Origin: Candidatus Buchananbacteria bacterium
GTDB taxonomy: Bacteria; Patescibacteriota; Patescibacteriia; 2-01-FULL-39-33
Length of the DNA stretch: 55,598 nt
Assembly (NCBI GenBank): GCA_903888345.1
Contig: CAISTG010000038.1
Coordinates: 1-55,598, forward strand
Direction of reading: 5' to 3'
A model generated the notes under the pieces. That model was not told the DNA's origin. It saw only the letters and a list, made by a program, of their open reading frames with translations, and searched no databases. A program made the position numbers and the translations under genes. Below, one piece after another: positions 17,311-26,701 of the stretch; the first letter of the stretch is position 1; each line of letters starts with the position of its first letter.

Positions 17311-18147
17311 ATGAACAATACTTTTTTTCGGTTTAAGGGGGTAAAAACCGTATTCATTTCATTATTTCTTGTTTTATTCTGTGGTTTCCTGTGGTTCACT
17401 GATCTAATTCCAGCTCAGGCGGATGATTGGGCGATTATGGATGTTATTCCAACTGAGCGTTCGACAAAATTGACTTTTGCATCTACTGATAATCAAGTCA
17501 CGTTAACTTTTGCGGCCGGAACTTCGACCATTGTTTCCTATGTTAAGTTCATGTCATATTTAGCGCCCGAGGAAATTGCTGCTAAATATCCTTATACTGA
17601 TATTGTACCAGTGAGCAGTCTTTATTTTCTGGAATTATCGCCCATTGAAGTTGAGTATTCGTTGCAACCAAAGGTGGCAGTCAAGTTTACTAACGATAAT
17701 AAGTTAAAGAGTTTGTATTATTGGAATGAAGCGCAACAGCAATTTATTAAACTAGACACTGTTCGTGATACCAAAAAAAATATTTTGACTTTTGTTGCGC
17801 CTAAGGTCAAAGATCTGACTTTTGCTTTGTTTGAAGAGCCAATACAGTTGGGAACTGCCTCCTGGTATGTGCATCCAAGATACAAAAAGGAGTTAATGGC
17901 AGCGTCGACTGATTTTTCTTTCGGCTCGAAAGTAAAAGTAACCAATTTAGCTAATAATAAATCGGTGGTAGTGACAATTAAGGATTACGGTCCAGTTAAG
18001 AGTATCCATCCTGATCGAGTGATTGACCTCGGCAAAGAAGCCTTTAAAAAAATTGCCTCGACTGGCGCCGGCGTGATTAAGGTTAAAGTAGAGCCGTATC
18101 TAATTGAAACGAGCACCGCGACCACGACTAGTATTATAAAAAAATAA
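17311..18147 (+). CDS. RlpA-family (DPBB) lytic transglycosylase-like protein
   Basis: GTASWY...FGSKVKVTNLANNKSVVVTIKDYGP...RVIDLGKEAFKKIA...GVIKVKVE. Confidence 0.85.
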   Translation: MNNTFFRFKGVKTVFISLFLVLFCGFLWFTDLIPAQADDWAIMDVIPTERSTKLTFASTDNQVTLTFAAGTSTIVSYVKFMSYLAPEEIAAKYPYTDIVPVSSLYFLELSPIEVEYSLQPKVAVKFTNDNKLKSLYYWNEAQQQFIKLDTVRDTKKNILTFVAPKVKDLTFALFEEPIQLGTASWYVHPRYKKELMAASTDFSFGSKVKVTNLANNKSVVVTIKDYGPVKSIHPDRVIDLGKEAFKKIASTGAGVIKVKVEPYLIETSTATTTSIIKK

Positions 18148-18220
18148 GTTCAGCGAAATATTATCTGATTACCTCGCTTGCAATTAGTAATTTTTAATTC
18201 GTCACTCTTAATTTAACCCT

Positions 18221-18901
18221 GTGATCCATTTAGAAAAAGTTTCTAAAAATTTTCAGCCTAATGTTAATGCACTCTCTGATATTACCTTGCATATTGATGC
18301 GGGGGAGTTTGTTTCGATTGTTGGTCAGTCCGGATCAGGCAAGACGACAATTGTGCGCTTACTTATTTCGGAAATCCAGCCAGATGCGGGCGAAGTGGAG
18401 GTCGGCGGTTGGAATATTACCAAAATTAAAAAAGTTCAAGTACCGTTACTGCGCCGCCAAATTGGAGTTGTATTTCAGGATTTTAAATTATTACCAAAGA
18501 AAACTGTTTTTGAGAATGTGGCTTTTGCCTTGCAGGTTTCCGGAGCGCCACGAGCTAGAATTCAGCAAGTAGTGCCTCAAGTCTTAAATATTGTCGATTT
18601 AAGCGATAAACTCCATCGCTATCCGCAGGAACTCTCTGGCGGTGAACGCCAACGCGTCGCCATTGCCCGCGCCTTGATTCATCGGCCGAAAGTGTTATTG
18701 GCGGATGAGCCGACGGGTAATCTAGACGCCTTAAATACCAAAGACATTATCGAGTTATTATTGAAAATCAATGAATTCGGCACTACTGTCGTCATGGTTA
18801 CTCATAATAAAGAAATCGTTAATTCGCTGAAGCGACGTGTTATCACCCTCGATCGGGGACTGATGGCCGGTGATCAGCGTGTTGGTAAATACGTAATTTA
18901 G
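18221..18901 (+). CDS. ftsE: cell division ATP-binding protein FtsE
   Basis: GQSGSGKT, LRRQIGVVFQDFKLL, ADEPTGNLD; upstream of ftsX. Confidence 0.95.
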   Translation: MIHLEKVSKNFQPNVNALSDITLHIDAGEFVSIVGQSGSGKTTIVRLLISEIQPDAGEVEVGGWNITKIKKVQVPLLRRQIGVVFQDFKLLPKKTVFENVAFALQVSGAPRARIQQVVPQVLNIVDLSDKLHRYPQELSGGERQRVAIARALIHRPKVLLADEPTGNLDALNTKDIIELLLKINEFGTTVVMVTHNKEIVNSLKRRVITLDRGLMAGDQRVGKYVI

Positions 18902-18904
18902 CTT

Positions 18905-19822
18905 ATGTTCTTACATGCTCTCTCCCGTGGAATAATTTTTGCCCTGCAGTCATTTTGGCGCAACGTTTGGTTGTCGATTGCCACGATTTTTGTGATCTTC
19001 TTGACTTTAGTATCGGTTAACTTTTTGATTGCGGTTAATGTTATTGCTGATTCAGCTATAAATGTCGTCAAGGAGCGCATCGATGTTTCTATTTATCTGA
19101 AACCAGATATTCAAGAAAGTAAAATTGCTGAGCTTAAAACGCGACTAGAGTCTGATTCGCAGGTAAAAAATGTTGTCTATCGTTCGCCAGCAGATAATTT
19201 GGCAGACTTTAAGGCCAAACATGTTAATGATGAAAAAATTAAAGAAACGCTCGACTCACTGAATGGTAATCCGATGGGTGCCACCCTTATTATCAAGGCC
19301 AAGAATCTTAAGGATTATCCGGTCATTTTACGAACTCTAGAAGATCCGATACTGAATGAGATTATCGAAGAAAAAAATTACGACGACAATCAATTAGTTA
19401 TCGACCGTATCAACCTGATTGCCAGTAATATCAAGCGCGTCATCTTGGCTATTTCCATTATTTTTATTATTATTTCAATTTTGATCGTTTTTAATACTGT
19501 GCGTATTGCGATTTTTACACATCAGAACGAAATTGCGATTATGAAGTTGGTCGGCGCGAGTAATTGGTTTATTCGTTTTCCATTTGTTTTCGAAAGTATT
19601 TTGGCGGGGCTCTTCGCTTGTATCTTAGCGATGTTTTTTATCTATCCGCTACTGTCTTTTACGCAAGGTTATATTGGCGGTTTCTTTGGGGGTGCTGATT
19701 TCAATATCATCAGTTATTTCAATGCTAATTTTTTCTTAATTTGGGGTGCGCAGCTGCTCGGCATTATTGTCATTAATGCTATTTCTTCTTCAATTGCCCT
19801 ATCGAAGTATTTGAAGGTCTAG
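18905..19822 (+). CDS. ftsX: cell division permease FtsX
   Basis: NTVRIAIF...EIAIMKLVGASNWFIRFPF..E. Confidence 0.93.
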   Translation: MFLHALSRGIIFALQSFWRNVWLSIATIFVIFLTLVSVNFLIAVNVIADSAINVVKERIDVSIYLKPDIQESKIAELKTRLESDSQVKNVVYRSPADNLADFKAKHVNDEKIKETLDSLNGNPMGATLIIKAKNLKDYPVILRTLEDPILNEIIEEKNYDDNQLVIDRINLIASNIKRVILAISIIFIIISILIVFNTVRIAIFTHQNEIAIMKLVGASNWFIRFPFVFESILAGLFACILAMFFIYPLLSFTQGYIGGFFGGADFNIISYFNANFFLIWGAQLLGIIVINAISSSIALSKYLKV

Positions 19823-19842
19823 ATCATAGAATAGACATCATC

Positions 19843-19876
19843 TTGACAGAATAGCCTTAATTGGGCTATTCTTTTT
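19843..19876 (+). promoter_or_regulatory. overlapping ftsX terminator and promoter of the zinc-ribbon gene
   Basis: TTGACA-N18-TATTCT whose spacer forms the hairpin agaatagcc/ggctattct followed by a T tract. Confidence 0.6.
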
Positions 19877-19921
19877 AAATCAACGAACTTTTGGCAATTA
19901 TAACAATAAGGAGTAGGTGCC

Positions 19922-20245
19922 ATGAACGTCCTAATGCAGCTTTTGGGTGAGTTCAGTATGATTGCTTTTGCGCTGGGATTCTTTATCTATTTAACCGGCA
20001 TTAAGGTTGCTTGTCCGCATTGTGGCGCTAGATTCTATTATCAGAAAAATCAAAGTACTTGTCCCAGTTGTGAGCGCGACCTGGAAACGACAGAGGAGGC
20101 GACGGTTGAAGAAACCGAGCCAGAATTAGAGACTTATGTCTGCTATAATTGCGGTTTTGAGGTAGCAACCAAGGTTGATCAGTGTCCTCAATGCTCGGCC
20201 TGGATTGGTCAGTCTGAAGAGGATGAACCGGCGGCCAATAAGTAA
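19922..20245 (+). CDS. membrane-anchored double zinc-ribbon protein
   Basis: N-terminal TM; CPHC..CPSC and CYNC..CPQC; SD aaggag. Confidence 0.75.
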   Translation: MNVLMQLLGEFSMIAFALGFFIYLTGIKVACPHCGARFYYQKNQSTCPSCERDLETTEEATVEETEPELETYVCYNCGFEVATKVDQCPQCSAWIGQSEEDEPAANK

Positions 20246-20270
20246 ATAATAGTATTGCTCATTGAACCAG

Positions 20271-20295
20271 AAGATCGGTAGCTACCGGTCTTTTT
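20271..20295 (+). terminator. intrinsic terminator
   Basis: aagatcggta/taccggtctt plus T tract. Confidence 0.75.
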
Positions 20296-20312
20296 AATTT
20301 AACGCCAAAATA

Positions 20313-20341
20313 TTGACAAAATTGGTTATTTAGGATATATT
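20313..20341 (+). promoter_or_regulatory. sigma70 promoter of the coaB-coaC unit
   Basis: TTGACA-N17-TATATT. Confidence 0.7.
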
Positions 20342-20401
20342 AATCTGAATCGAACTTTGATAATTTGAGTATATTTAACCATCAACCAGGAGAACAGACC
20401 C

Positions 20402-21256
20402 ATGGAAAAAAGAAAACGCGTTTTGGTGACGGCTGGCAATACCATTGTGCCAATTGATCAGGTGCGCAGTATCACCAATATTTTCAAAGGTAAGACCGGA
20501 ACTGAGATCGCCATTTATTTGGCAGATTATGGTTATCAGGTGACCTTGATTACTTCGAATCCAACGCTGCTTGCTGAGCTTATTTGGAAATATTCTGAAG
20601 CGGCGAGTGAATGTAGTTATCTGAGGACAATTGAGTCTTTGAATAACAATATCGATGAATATCGGGCCAAGTTATCGGCAGCCATAAAGGTTGTCCCGTA
20701 TCGTACCTATGATGAGCTGTATCAGGCAATGGAGGTTGAGATTCGCGATGGTCAATATGACATCGTGATTCACTCGGCCGCGGTATCGGATTATTATGTG
20801 CAGGCAGTATGCGTGATGGAAGAGACGCCGGCTGATAGTTGTGCCGAGCCGCACTTGATCGAGATCGACAAGAGTAAAAAAGTCAGTTCCGATTATGAGA
20901 CCATGTATCTGCGCCTCAAAAAGACGCCGAAAATTATCAGCTTGATTCGTGAACCCTGGGGGTTTAAGGGTCAGCTGGTGATGTTTAAGCTTCAGGTCGG
21001 AATTTCTAATACCGAGTTGATGGATATCGCTGGTAAAAGTATGCGCCGTTCTCAGGCTGACATTATTGTCGCCAATTGTCTCGAGTGGGCGAACGATCGC
21101 GCGATTATCATTCGGCCGTTTTCAACCCGGAACACGTCGGCGCCACGTAATGGTACACTCTGTCGGATCATCAAAAGGTCTCAGTTGCCGTCAAGGCTCG
21201 TAGCTGAGCTGGAGCGTATGGCCACTGAACCGAAAAATACGGAGGCCACTTCATGA
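20402..21256 (+). CDS. coaB: phosphopantothenate-cysteine ligase (monofunctional CoaB)
   Basis: VLVTAGNTIVPIDQVRSITNIFKGKTG, HSAAVSDY, TPKII, FKL, DIIVAN. Confidence 0.85.
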   Translation: MEKRKRVLVTAGNTIVPIDQVRSITNIFKGKTGTEIAIYLADYGYQVTLITSNPTLLAELIWKYSEAASECSYLRTIESLNNNIDEYRAKLSAAIKVVPYRTYDELYQAMEVEIRDGQYDIVIHSAAVSDYYVQAVCVMEETPADSCAEPHLIEIDKSKKVSSDYETMYLRLKKTPKIISLIREPWGFKGQLVMFKLQVGISNTELMDIAGKSMRRSQADIIVANCLEWANDRAIIIRPFSTRNTSAPRNGTLCRIIKRSQLPSRLVAELERMATEPKNTEATS

Positions 21257-21852
21257 GTAATACGATCAAAGGCAAAGTACTCTTGGGAGTAACTGGATCA
21301 GTCGCCGCGACAGTGGCGGGAAAACTAGCTAACCTGCTTTTGAACAATGGTTTTGACACACGCATAATGGCGACCGAAAATTCTTTCTACTTTACTGGCT
21401 GGACTGAGGATAAATTTATGGCAGAGGCCTGTGGAATGAGGTTTCCGGTCAAAGTTTATACACGTCAGGATGAATTCACCGGTCAAGGCTATCAGAAGAA
21501 TCAGGCGGTTACCCATATTGATTTGGGTGTCTGGGCTGATGTGCTCTTGATTGCTCCTGTTGATGCTCTGACGATTGGCAAAATGGCCAATGGCTTACCA
21601 GACAATCTCGTTGCTTCCACTTATCTGGCGTGGCCAATGGAAAAGCCGATTATTTTGGCGCCAGCAATGAATACGCGGATGTGGGAACATCCTGCCGTTC
21701 AGGAAAACATCGCTAAGCTGCGTAAGTGGCATCAAGATTGTCTCACCCTGTTTGTTCCAGTCACTAAGAGGCTCGCCTGTGGCGAGACTGGTGTTGGCGC
21801 GATGGCTGATATCGGCGATATTGTTAGGGCAGTGGAATTTTACTTGTCGTAA
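21253..21852 (+). CDS. coaC: phosphopantothenoylcysteine decarboxylase (HFCD flavoprotein, monofunctional CoaC)
   Basis: LLGVTGSVAA, HIDL..WAD..LIAP, PAMNTRMW, LACGETGVGAM. Confidence 0.87.
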   Translation: MSNTIKGKVLLGVTGSVAATVAGKLANLLLNNGFDTRIMATENSFYFTGWTEDKFMAEACGMRFPVKVYTRQDEFTGQGYQKNQAVTHIDLGVWADVLLIAPVDALTIGKMANGLPDNLVASTYLAWPMEKPIILAPAMNTRMWEHPAVQENIAKLRKWHQDCLTLFVPVTKRLACGETGVGAMADIGDIVRAVEFYLS

Positions 21853-21871
21853 AAGAAAGGAACAAAACAAG

Positions 21872-22075
21872 ATGTCAACACCACTGGTTAATGAGCTTAA
21901 AGCGCTTAATGATGACCCGGAATTTTTTGAGGAAGTGGCAAGACTTGCAGCCAATACCAATGCGGCTGTCTTTAAGGAGTGTAAGAAGACTATGAATTAC
22001 GATTCCATAAATATAGTAACTGCCGGATTGGTTTCTGGAATTGTTGGTGCTCTGATCAACAAAAACGGAGGCTAA
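21872..22075 (+). CDS. small hypothetical protein with C-terminal hydrophobic segment
   Basis: SD aaagga then MSTPLVNELK...; in operon with coaBC. Confidence 0.6.
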   Translation: MSTPLVNELKALNDDPEFFEEVARLAANTNAAVFKECKKTMNYDSINIVTAGLVSGIVGALINKNGG

Positions 22076-22213
22076 AGTTATGGCCAAATTCAGTCTGCAT
22101 AATTGGTGGATGCGCTGATTGCAGAAAATGACAGGTAGCGGCTTGGGTTGCTCAACCTTGCTTTATCAGGATAAGCCACGTCAGAGCCATAAGAAATAGT
22201 ACTTTGAACTTTC

Positions 22214-22241
22214 AAGGATCAGTCTCGAACTGGTCCTTTTT
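22214..22241 (+). terminator. intrinsic terminator
   Basis: aaggatcagt/actggtcctt plus T tract. Confidence 0.75.
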
Positions 22242-22279
22242 AATTTGATTTTTTGGGTCTATCTTAGTATAATGAAGCC

Positions 22280-23335
22280 ATGGAAAACACTGATTTTTTA
22301 ATTTATTTTGGCGTAATTTTAGCCTCATTTTTGCTGGCAGCCGCGCTAACGCCGCTGATTATTATGATTGCCAAAAAATACCGCATCACTGACGATCCAG
22401 AAGCGGCCCTACGCAAGGTTCACGTTCAACCAACGCCCCTGCTAGGTGGCTGGTCGGTGTTTTTAGCGACCACGTTAGTAGTTCTGGCGGCGAAGCTATT
22501 TAACTTCGCTAATTTTTCTCAAATTCCCTTAGTGTTATTGTTAGGCATTATCGGCGCCTCGGCCGTAATTATTATTGGTGGGACTTTGGATGATAAATAT
22601 AATTTAAAACCACAAGAGCAAATTATTTTTCCCATAGCAGCGGTCATGATTGTTTTGGTTTGCGGCTTGCGAGTCGCCTTTATTACTAATCCACTTGGCA
22701 ACCTGGGTTCTGTTATTTATTTCGGTCAATGGTTGGGTTTAATCTCGGCCGGGCTTTGGTTGCTGGGTATGATGTATACCACTAAATTTTTGGATGGCTT
22801 GGATGGCTTAGTTGCTGGTATTGCCACGATTGCCGCCTTTTTTATTTTTTTGGTCTCGCTCAATTGGGATGTGCCTCTTTCAGCGACGGGAATCTGGGCA
22901 TTGGCTTTACTAGGTGCTTCGCTTGGTTTTTTGATTTACAATTGGCAACCAGCGAAAATATTTTTAGGTGAAGGTGGTTCGGTACTGATCGGCTTTACAC
23001 TTGGTGTTTTGTCGATTGTAAGTGGCTCCAAAATAATTACCACTCTATTAGTCATGGGTTTGCCGGCACTAGATGTCTTGTTTGTTATTGTTAAGCGATT
23101 GTTAGAAAAAAAATCTCCCTTCCACGGTGATCGCAACCATTTACATTATCAATTGTTAACCTGGGGCTTATCAAAAAAGCAAGTAGTTTTAATTTTTTAT
23201 TGTTTAGCAATTGGCTTTGGTGCTTTGGGGGCGATCAGTTCGAGTTATGGCAAAATGGTATTATTTATCTGCTTAATTTTAGTTATTGTTTTGGTTTCTT
23301 TGGGATTAAAGTTCAAGCAAAAGCCACTGAATTAA
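22280..23335 (+). CDS. undecaprenyl-phosphate GlcNAc-1-phosphate transferase (WecA/TagO, MraY superfamily)
   Basis: RKVH..PTPLLGG, GTLDDK, FLDGLDGL, NWQPAKIFLGEGGS, DRNHLHYQL. Confidence 0.9.
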   Translation: MENTDFLIYFGVILASFLLAAALTPLIIMIAKKYRITDDPEAALRKVHVQPTPLLGGWSVFLATTLVVLAAKLFNFANFSQIPLVLLLGIIGASAVIIIGGTLDDKYNLKPQEQIIFPIAAVMIVLVCGLRVAFITNPLGNLGSVIYFGQWLGLISAGLWLLGMMYTTKFLDGLDGLVAGIATIAAFFIFLVSLNWDVPLSATGIWALALLGASLGFLIYNWQPAKIFLGEGGSVLIGFTLGVLSIVSGSKIITTLLVMGLPALDVLFVIVKRLLEKKSPFHGDRNHLHYQLLTWGLSKKQVVLIFYCLAIGFGALGAISSSYGKMVLFICLILVIVLVSLGLKFKQKPLN

Positions 23336-23338
23336 TTT

Positions 23339-23809
23339 ATGAATAATTTGTTTGTTACTAAAAAACTAGGTTTGGTTGTAGTGGTTGTGGTGATAATTGT
23401 TTTGCTGATCGTGGGCATTTTTGTTTCATTTGGCGCCAAGTCAGTTAAGCTTAAGACTTTAACTATTAATGGTGGTCCGAGTGTTAAAGTGGAATTAGCA
23501 ACAACCGAAGAACAATGGGCACAAGGATTAAGTGGCCGCCAAGCGTTACCGCCCGGCCAAGGAATGATTTTTCTATTTACTGATTATTCGGTCAAGAAAT
23601 TTTGGATGAAAGATTTAAATTTTCCTCTTGATTTGGTTTGGATTTATGATGGCAAGATTATTGGAATAGAAAAGAATTTACCGCCGGCAGGTTCTAAACC
23701 GACAGTTTCATATGCTTCGCCTGGTCCGGTAAATCTGGTGCTAGAAGTAAACGGTGGCTGGGTTGAGGCTAATACTATTAAAGTGGGGGATGTAATATTG
23801 ATTAAATAG
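23339..23809 (+). CDS. DUF192-family protein
   Basis: VELATT...QGLSGR..L....GMIF.F....FWMKDLNFPLD..W...VLEVNGG. Confidence 0.88.
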   Translation: MNNLFVTKKLGLVVVVVVIIVLLIVGIFVSFGAKSVKLKTLTINGGPSVKVELATTEEQWAQGLSGRQALPPGQGMIFLFTDYSVKKFWMKDLNFPLDLVWIYDGKIIGIEKNLPPAGSKPTVSYASPGPVNLVLEVNGGWVEANTIKVGDVILIK

Positions 23810-23877
23810 TCAGACTCACTGTCATTCCCGTGTAGGTGGTAACAGAAACATAAAAAATGATTTATTAATATAAAACT

Positions 23878-25293
23878 ATGTTGAAGATTTATAATACCTT
23901 AACAAAGACACAAGAAGAATTTAAGCCAATTAATCCTAAACTGGTCAGTTTTTATCAGTGTGGCCCGACGGTTTATTGGACCCAGCATCTTGGCAATATG
24001 CGCGCCATGGTTTTGGCTGATTTAATTCGCCGATCTTTGTCGTATTTGGGTTATCCAGTTAACTTTGCTCGCAATTATACTGATGTTGGTCATATGACTA
24101 CTGATGATGATGGTGGTGAAGACAAGATGACTAAGGCGGCCAAGCGAGAAAATTTATCACCACTAGAGATTGCTAATAAGTATATTGCACAATTTGAAGG
24201 CGATATCGCGCTTTTGAATTGTTTGCCGCCGGATGAAAAACCCCGTGCCACTGAGTATATCACTCCAATGCAGGAAATGGTCCAAGCGCTACTTGATAAG
24301 GATTTCGCTTATGTCACCGATTTGGCAATTTATTTTGATATTTCCAAAGCGACTGACTACACTAAGCTGTCCGGACAAAAATTAGATATGAATCAAAGCG
24401 AAGCGGGCAAGGGTGATGTTGGCGATCCGGGTAAGCGGCAAGCGGCTGATTTTGCTGTTTGGTTTTTTAAAGCCGGTACGCATGCCAATGCTTTACAAAC
24501 TTGGCCATATAAATTTAGTGTAGGGGAATCGGTTATTGAAGGCGAAGGCTTTCCCGGCTGGCATTTGGAATGCTCCGCTATGAATTATGCGTTATTTGGG
24601 TCAACGATTGATATTCATTTAGGTGGCATTGAGCATGTGCCAGTGCACCATACCAATGAAATTGCCCAAAGCGAAGCGTTTACTGGAAAGACTTTTGTTG
24701 ATTATTGGATGCATAATGAACATTTGAATGTTGCTGGTGGCAAAATGTCTAAGTCCGAAGGTACTGCCTATGCAGTCGCTGATATTATTGCCAAAGGCTA
24801 TGATCCTCTTATTTTAAGATATTTTTTCTTAGGGGCGCATTATCGTAGTAAACAGAATTTTACTTGGGAAGCGCTCGACGGTGCCAAATCGGCACTCGAC
24901 AATTTAAGAGCACAATTAATTGATTATCTCGCGGACGGTATTAGTAACGGAGAAATTGATCTCGATATTAAAAACAAGTTTATTGCTGCTCTCGAAGATG
25001 ATTTTAATTTACCACAAGCATTATCTCAGGTGTGGGAAATTTTAAAATCCGATCTACCGGTAGCCAACAAATATGCAACAATCATTGATTTTGATCAAGT
25101 TTTGGGCTTGAATTTAGCGCAACTAAAAGCCGAAGAAATTCCGGCAGAAATCCAAGCAGCGGCTGAAGCACGTTGGCAAGCGAGACAACTCAAAGATTGG
25201 ACGGAAACAGACCGCTTGCGACTAGAACTTACAGCGGCTGGCTGGCAAATGGAAGATGGTAAAGATGACTATAAATTAAGAAAAATTCAATAA
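23878..25293 (+). CDS. cysS: cysteine--tRNA ligase
   Basis: CGPTVY, HLGN, GFPGWHLECSAM, HHTNEIAQSE, KMSKS. Confidence 0.97.
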   Translation: MLKIYNTLTKTQEEFKPINPKLVSFYQCGPTVYWTQHLGNMRAMVLADLIRRSLSYLGYPVNFARNYTDVGHMTTDDDGGEDKMTKAAKRENLSPLEIANKYIAQFEGDIALLNCLPPDEKPRATEYITPMQEMVQALLDKDFAYVTDLAIYFDISKATDYTKLSGQKLDMNQSEAGKGDVGDPGKRQAADFAVWFFKAGTHANALQTWPYKFSVGESVIEGEGFPGWHLECSAMNYALFGSTIDIHLGGIEHVPVHHTNEIAQSEAFTGKTFVDYWMHNEHLNVAGGKMSKSEGTAYAVADIIAKGYDPLILRYFFLGAHYRSKQNFTWEALDGAKSALDNLRAQLIDYLADGISNGEIDLDIKNKFIAALEDDFNLPQALSQVWEILKSDLPVANKYATIIDFDQVLGLNLAQLKAEEIPAEIQAAAEARWQARQLKDWTETDRLRLELTAAGWQMEDGKDDYKLRKIQ

Positions 25294-25319
25294 AAAAAAC
25301 ACAGCAAGGTTGCTGTGTT
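25293..25319. terminator. terminator between convergent units
   Basis: aacacagcaa/ttgctgtgtt preceded by an A tract. Confidence 0.75.
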
Positions 25320-25329
25320 GGTAAGGTGC

Positions 25330-25629
25330 TTAATACTCTTCAATCCGATAAATGGCGCTCAGGTCATAATAGTAGGTGTGAATGGTAGAATTTTCAACGT
25401 CAGTTCTCTTTTCATGAACTTCGACATACCCACTATAGCTGATCGCGCTGATCAAGTTTAGACTGATAGTTGCCTCATAGCCAGTGTTACCGAGTGTATT
25501 GTCGTTGATAACGAATATTCCAGTTATCGGAACTTGAATATCAAATTTCAAGCCGAAATCCACACCAAATTTTTCTCTCAGAATTGTTACTACTACTTCG
25601 GGTAGGAATGGCAATCTCGCCTTACACAT
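25330..25629 (-). CDS. hypothetical protein
   Basis: 99-aa ORF with SD aaggag. Confidence 0.65.
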   Translation of the reverse strand: MCKARLPFLPEVVVTILREKFGVDFGLKFDIQVPITGIFVINDNTLGNTGYEATISLNLISAISYSGYVEVHEKRTDVENSTIHTYYYDLSAIYRIEEY

Positions 25630-25651
25630 CGTTAGACTCCTTGGTTGAGGT

Positions 25652-25900
25652 TTAAAATATATGTCGACCTTGATTATCGCAATCAGTGTTAAGACATCTC
25701 GGATGTCCGCTGTCGATTAGTTTCTTAGCTTCCAGTAGACCGCTGGCTTGAGGGTAACCCAAGAGCTTTAATACTGGCATAATCACGTTATGATGCACAA
25801 TATGATTAGCATTATGCGGATGATCGGATAATTGCTTGGGTCGAACCATGTCGCGCCAAGCTGCTACACCGTTAAGGTTAATGAATTCTAGTCTACTCAT
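25652..25900 (-). CDS. hypothetical His-rich protein
   Basis: 82-aa ORF with SD ggaggt. Confidence 0.65.
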   Translation of the reverse strand: MSRLEFINLNGVAAWRDMVRPKQLSDHPHNANHIVHHNVIMPVLKLLGYPQASGLLEAKKLIDSGHPRCLNTDCDNQGRHIF

Positions 25901-26072
25901 TTTTTACCTCCGGTGGATGATTTTTTTCCGCTTGAGCTTGAATCATAGCTTGCTCTCCAAGGTTCTCGCAGGCGTGATCGCCGAAACAAAGTCGGGGATC
26001 AGTGATGCCATTGGGACAGGGAGTAGTGGGTTCATTGGTCACTCGAGCGCGGGCGGGACAATCAGGACACAT
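25893..26072 (-). CDS. small Cys-rich protein (59 aa, below the ORF-track cutoff)
   Basis: MCPDCPARARVTNEPTTPCPNGITDPRLCFGDHACENLGEQAMIQAQAEKNHPPEVKNE; SD aaagga; overlaps the next start by 8 bp. Confidence 0.6.
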   Translation of the reverse strand: MCPDCPARARVTNEPTTPCPNGITDPRLCFGDHACENLGEQAMIQAQAEKNHPPEVKNE

Positions 26073-26132
26073 AGTCAGTTCCTTTTTGGTTGTTGGATTA
26101 TCTGAAATTGAGAAAAGGATTAAGTGTGTTTA

Positions 26133-26333
26133 CTATGTATTTCCACCATAAATCTTTTCAGCTTCTCCCGGTGCTAATTCTTTTTTGGACCAACGGCCGA
26201 AACGTTTTTTACAACGCTTGCACTGAATTTCGCTGACACCGTCATAATGATTCGGATCATCATAAGAATATTCAACTAGGGTAATCCTTTTGCTTTGGCA
26301 ATGAGGACAGCGATCAGGAATTGGAGTTAGCAT
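26133..26333 (-). CDS. small zinc-ribbon protein
   Basis: CPHC...EY...HYDGVSE..CKRC..RFGRWS. Confidence 0.75.
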   Translation of the reverse strand: MLTPIPDRCPHCQSKRITLVEYSYDDPNHYDGVSEIQCKRCKKRFGRWSKKELAPGEAEKIYGGNT

Positions 26334-26346
26334 AATCCTTGTTCCC

Positions 26347-26607
26347 TTAGGTTAAGAATTTGAAGGCTAAGCAGATTAAGGTCATGGTGCCAATTGCAGT
26401 GATGCTGATGGCAAGTCCGACCAGTACGCCAATAATGATATCTCGTTTGCTTTTCTTTCGCAGTTCAAGTTGAATTGCCAGCTGAATTGCGGATTCATTG
26501 CTTGCCTGTAATTCTTTTTGGCGCTCTAATGCTTTTCTCTCTTGTGATTCTTTGTCCAAACCCCAGAACTCTGGAGAAATGTCTTCGCCGTATCTTGGCC
26601 AGCCCAT
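26347..26607 (-). CDS. small coiled-coil membrane protein
   Basis: Coiled segment plus C-terminal TM; SD aagggag. Confidence 0.65.
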   Translation of the reverse strand: MGWPRYGEDISPEFWGLDKESQERKALERQKELQASNESAIQLAIQLELRKKSKRDIIIGVLVGLAISITAIGTMTLICLAFKFLT

Positions 26608-26701
26608 AATGCTTGCTCTCCCTTTCAGGTTGTATTGACAGAATATTGTTAAAGTGCTAAAATTACTCTCTTCATATAACCATATCTAATCAAATAAGTC
26701 A

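Noticed and set aside
23820-23845. REP-like unit before cysS
   Set aside because: Only the TGTCATTCCCG half is intact; it is a degenerate remnant and not listed as a feature.
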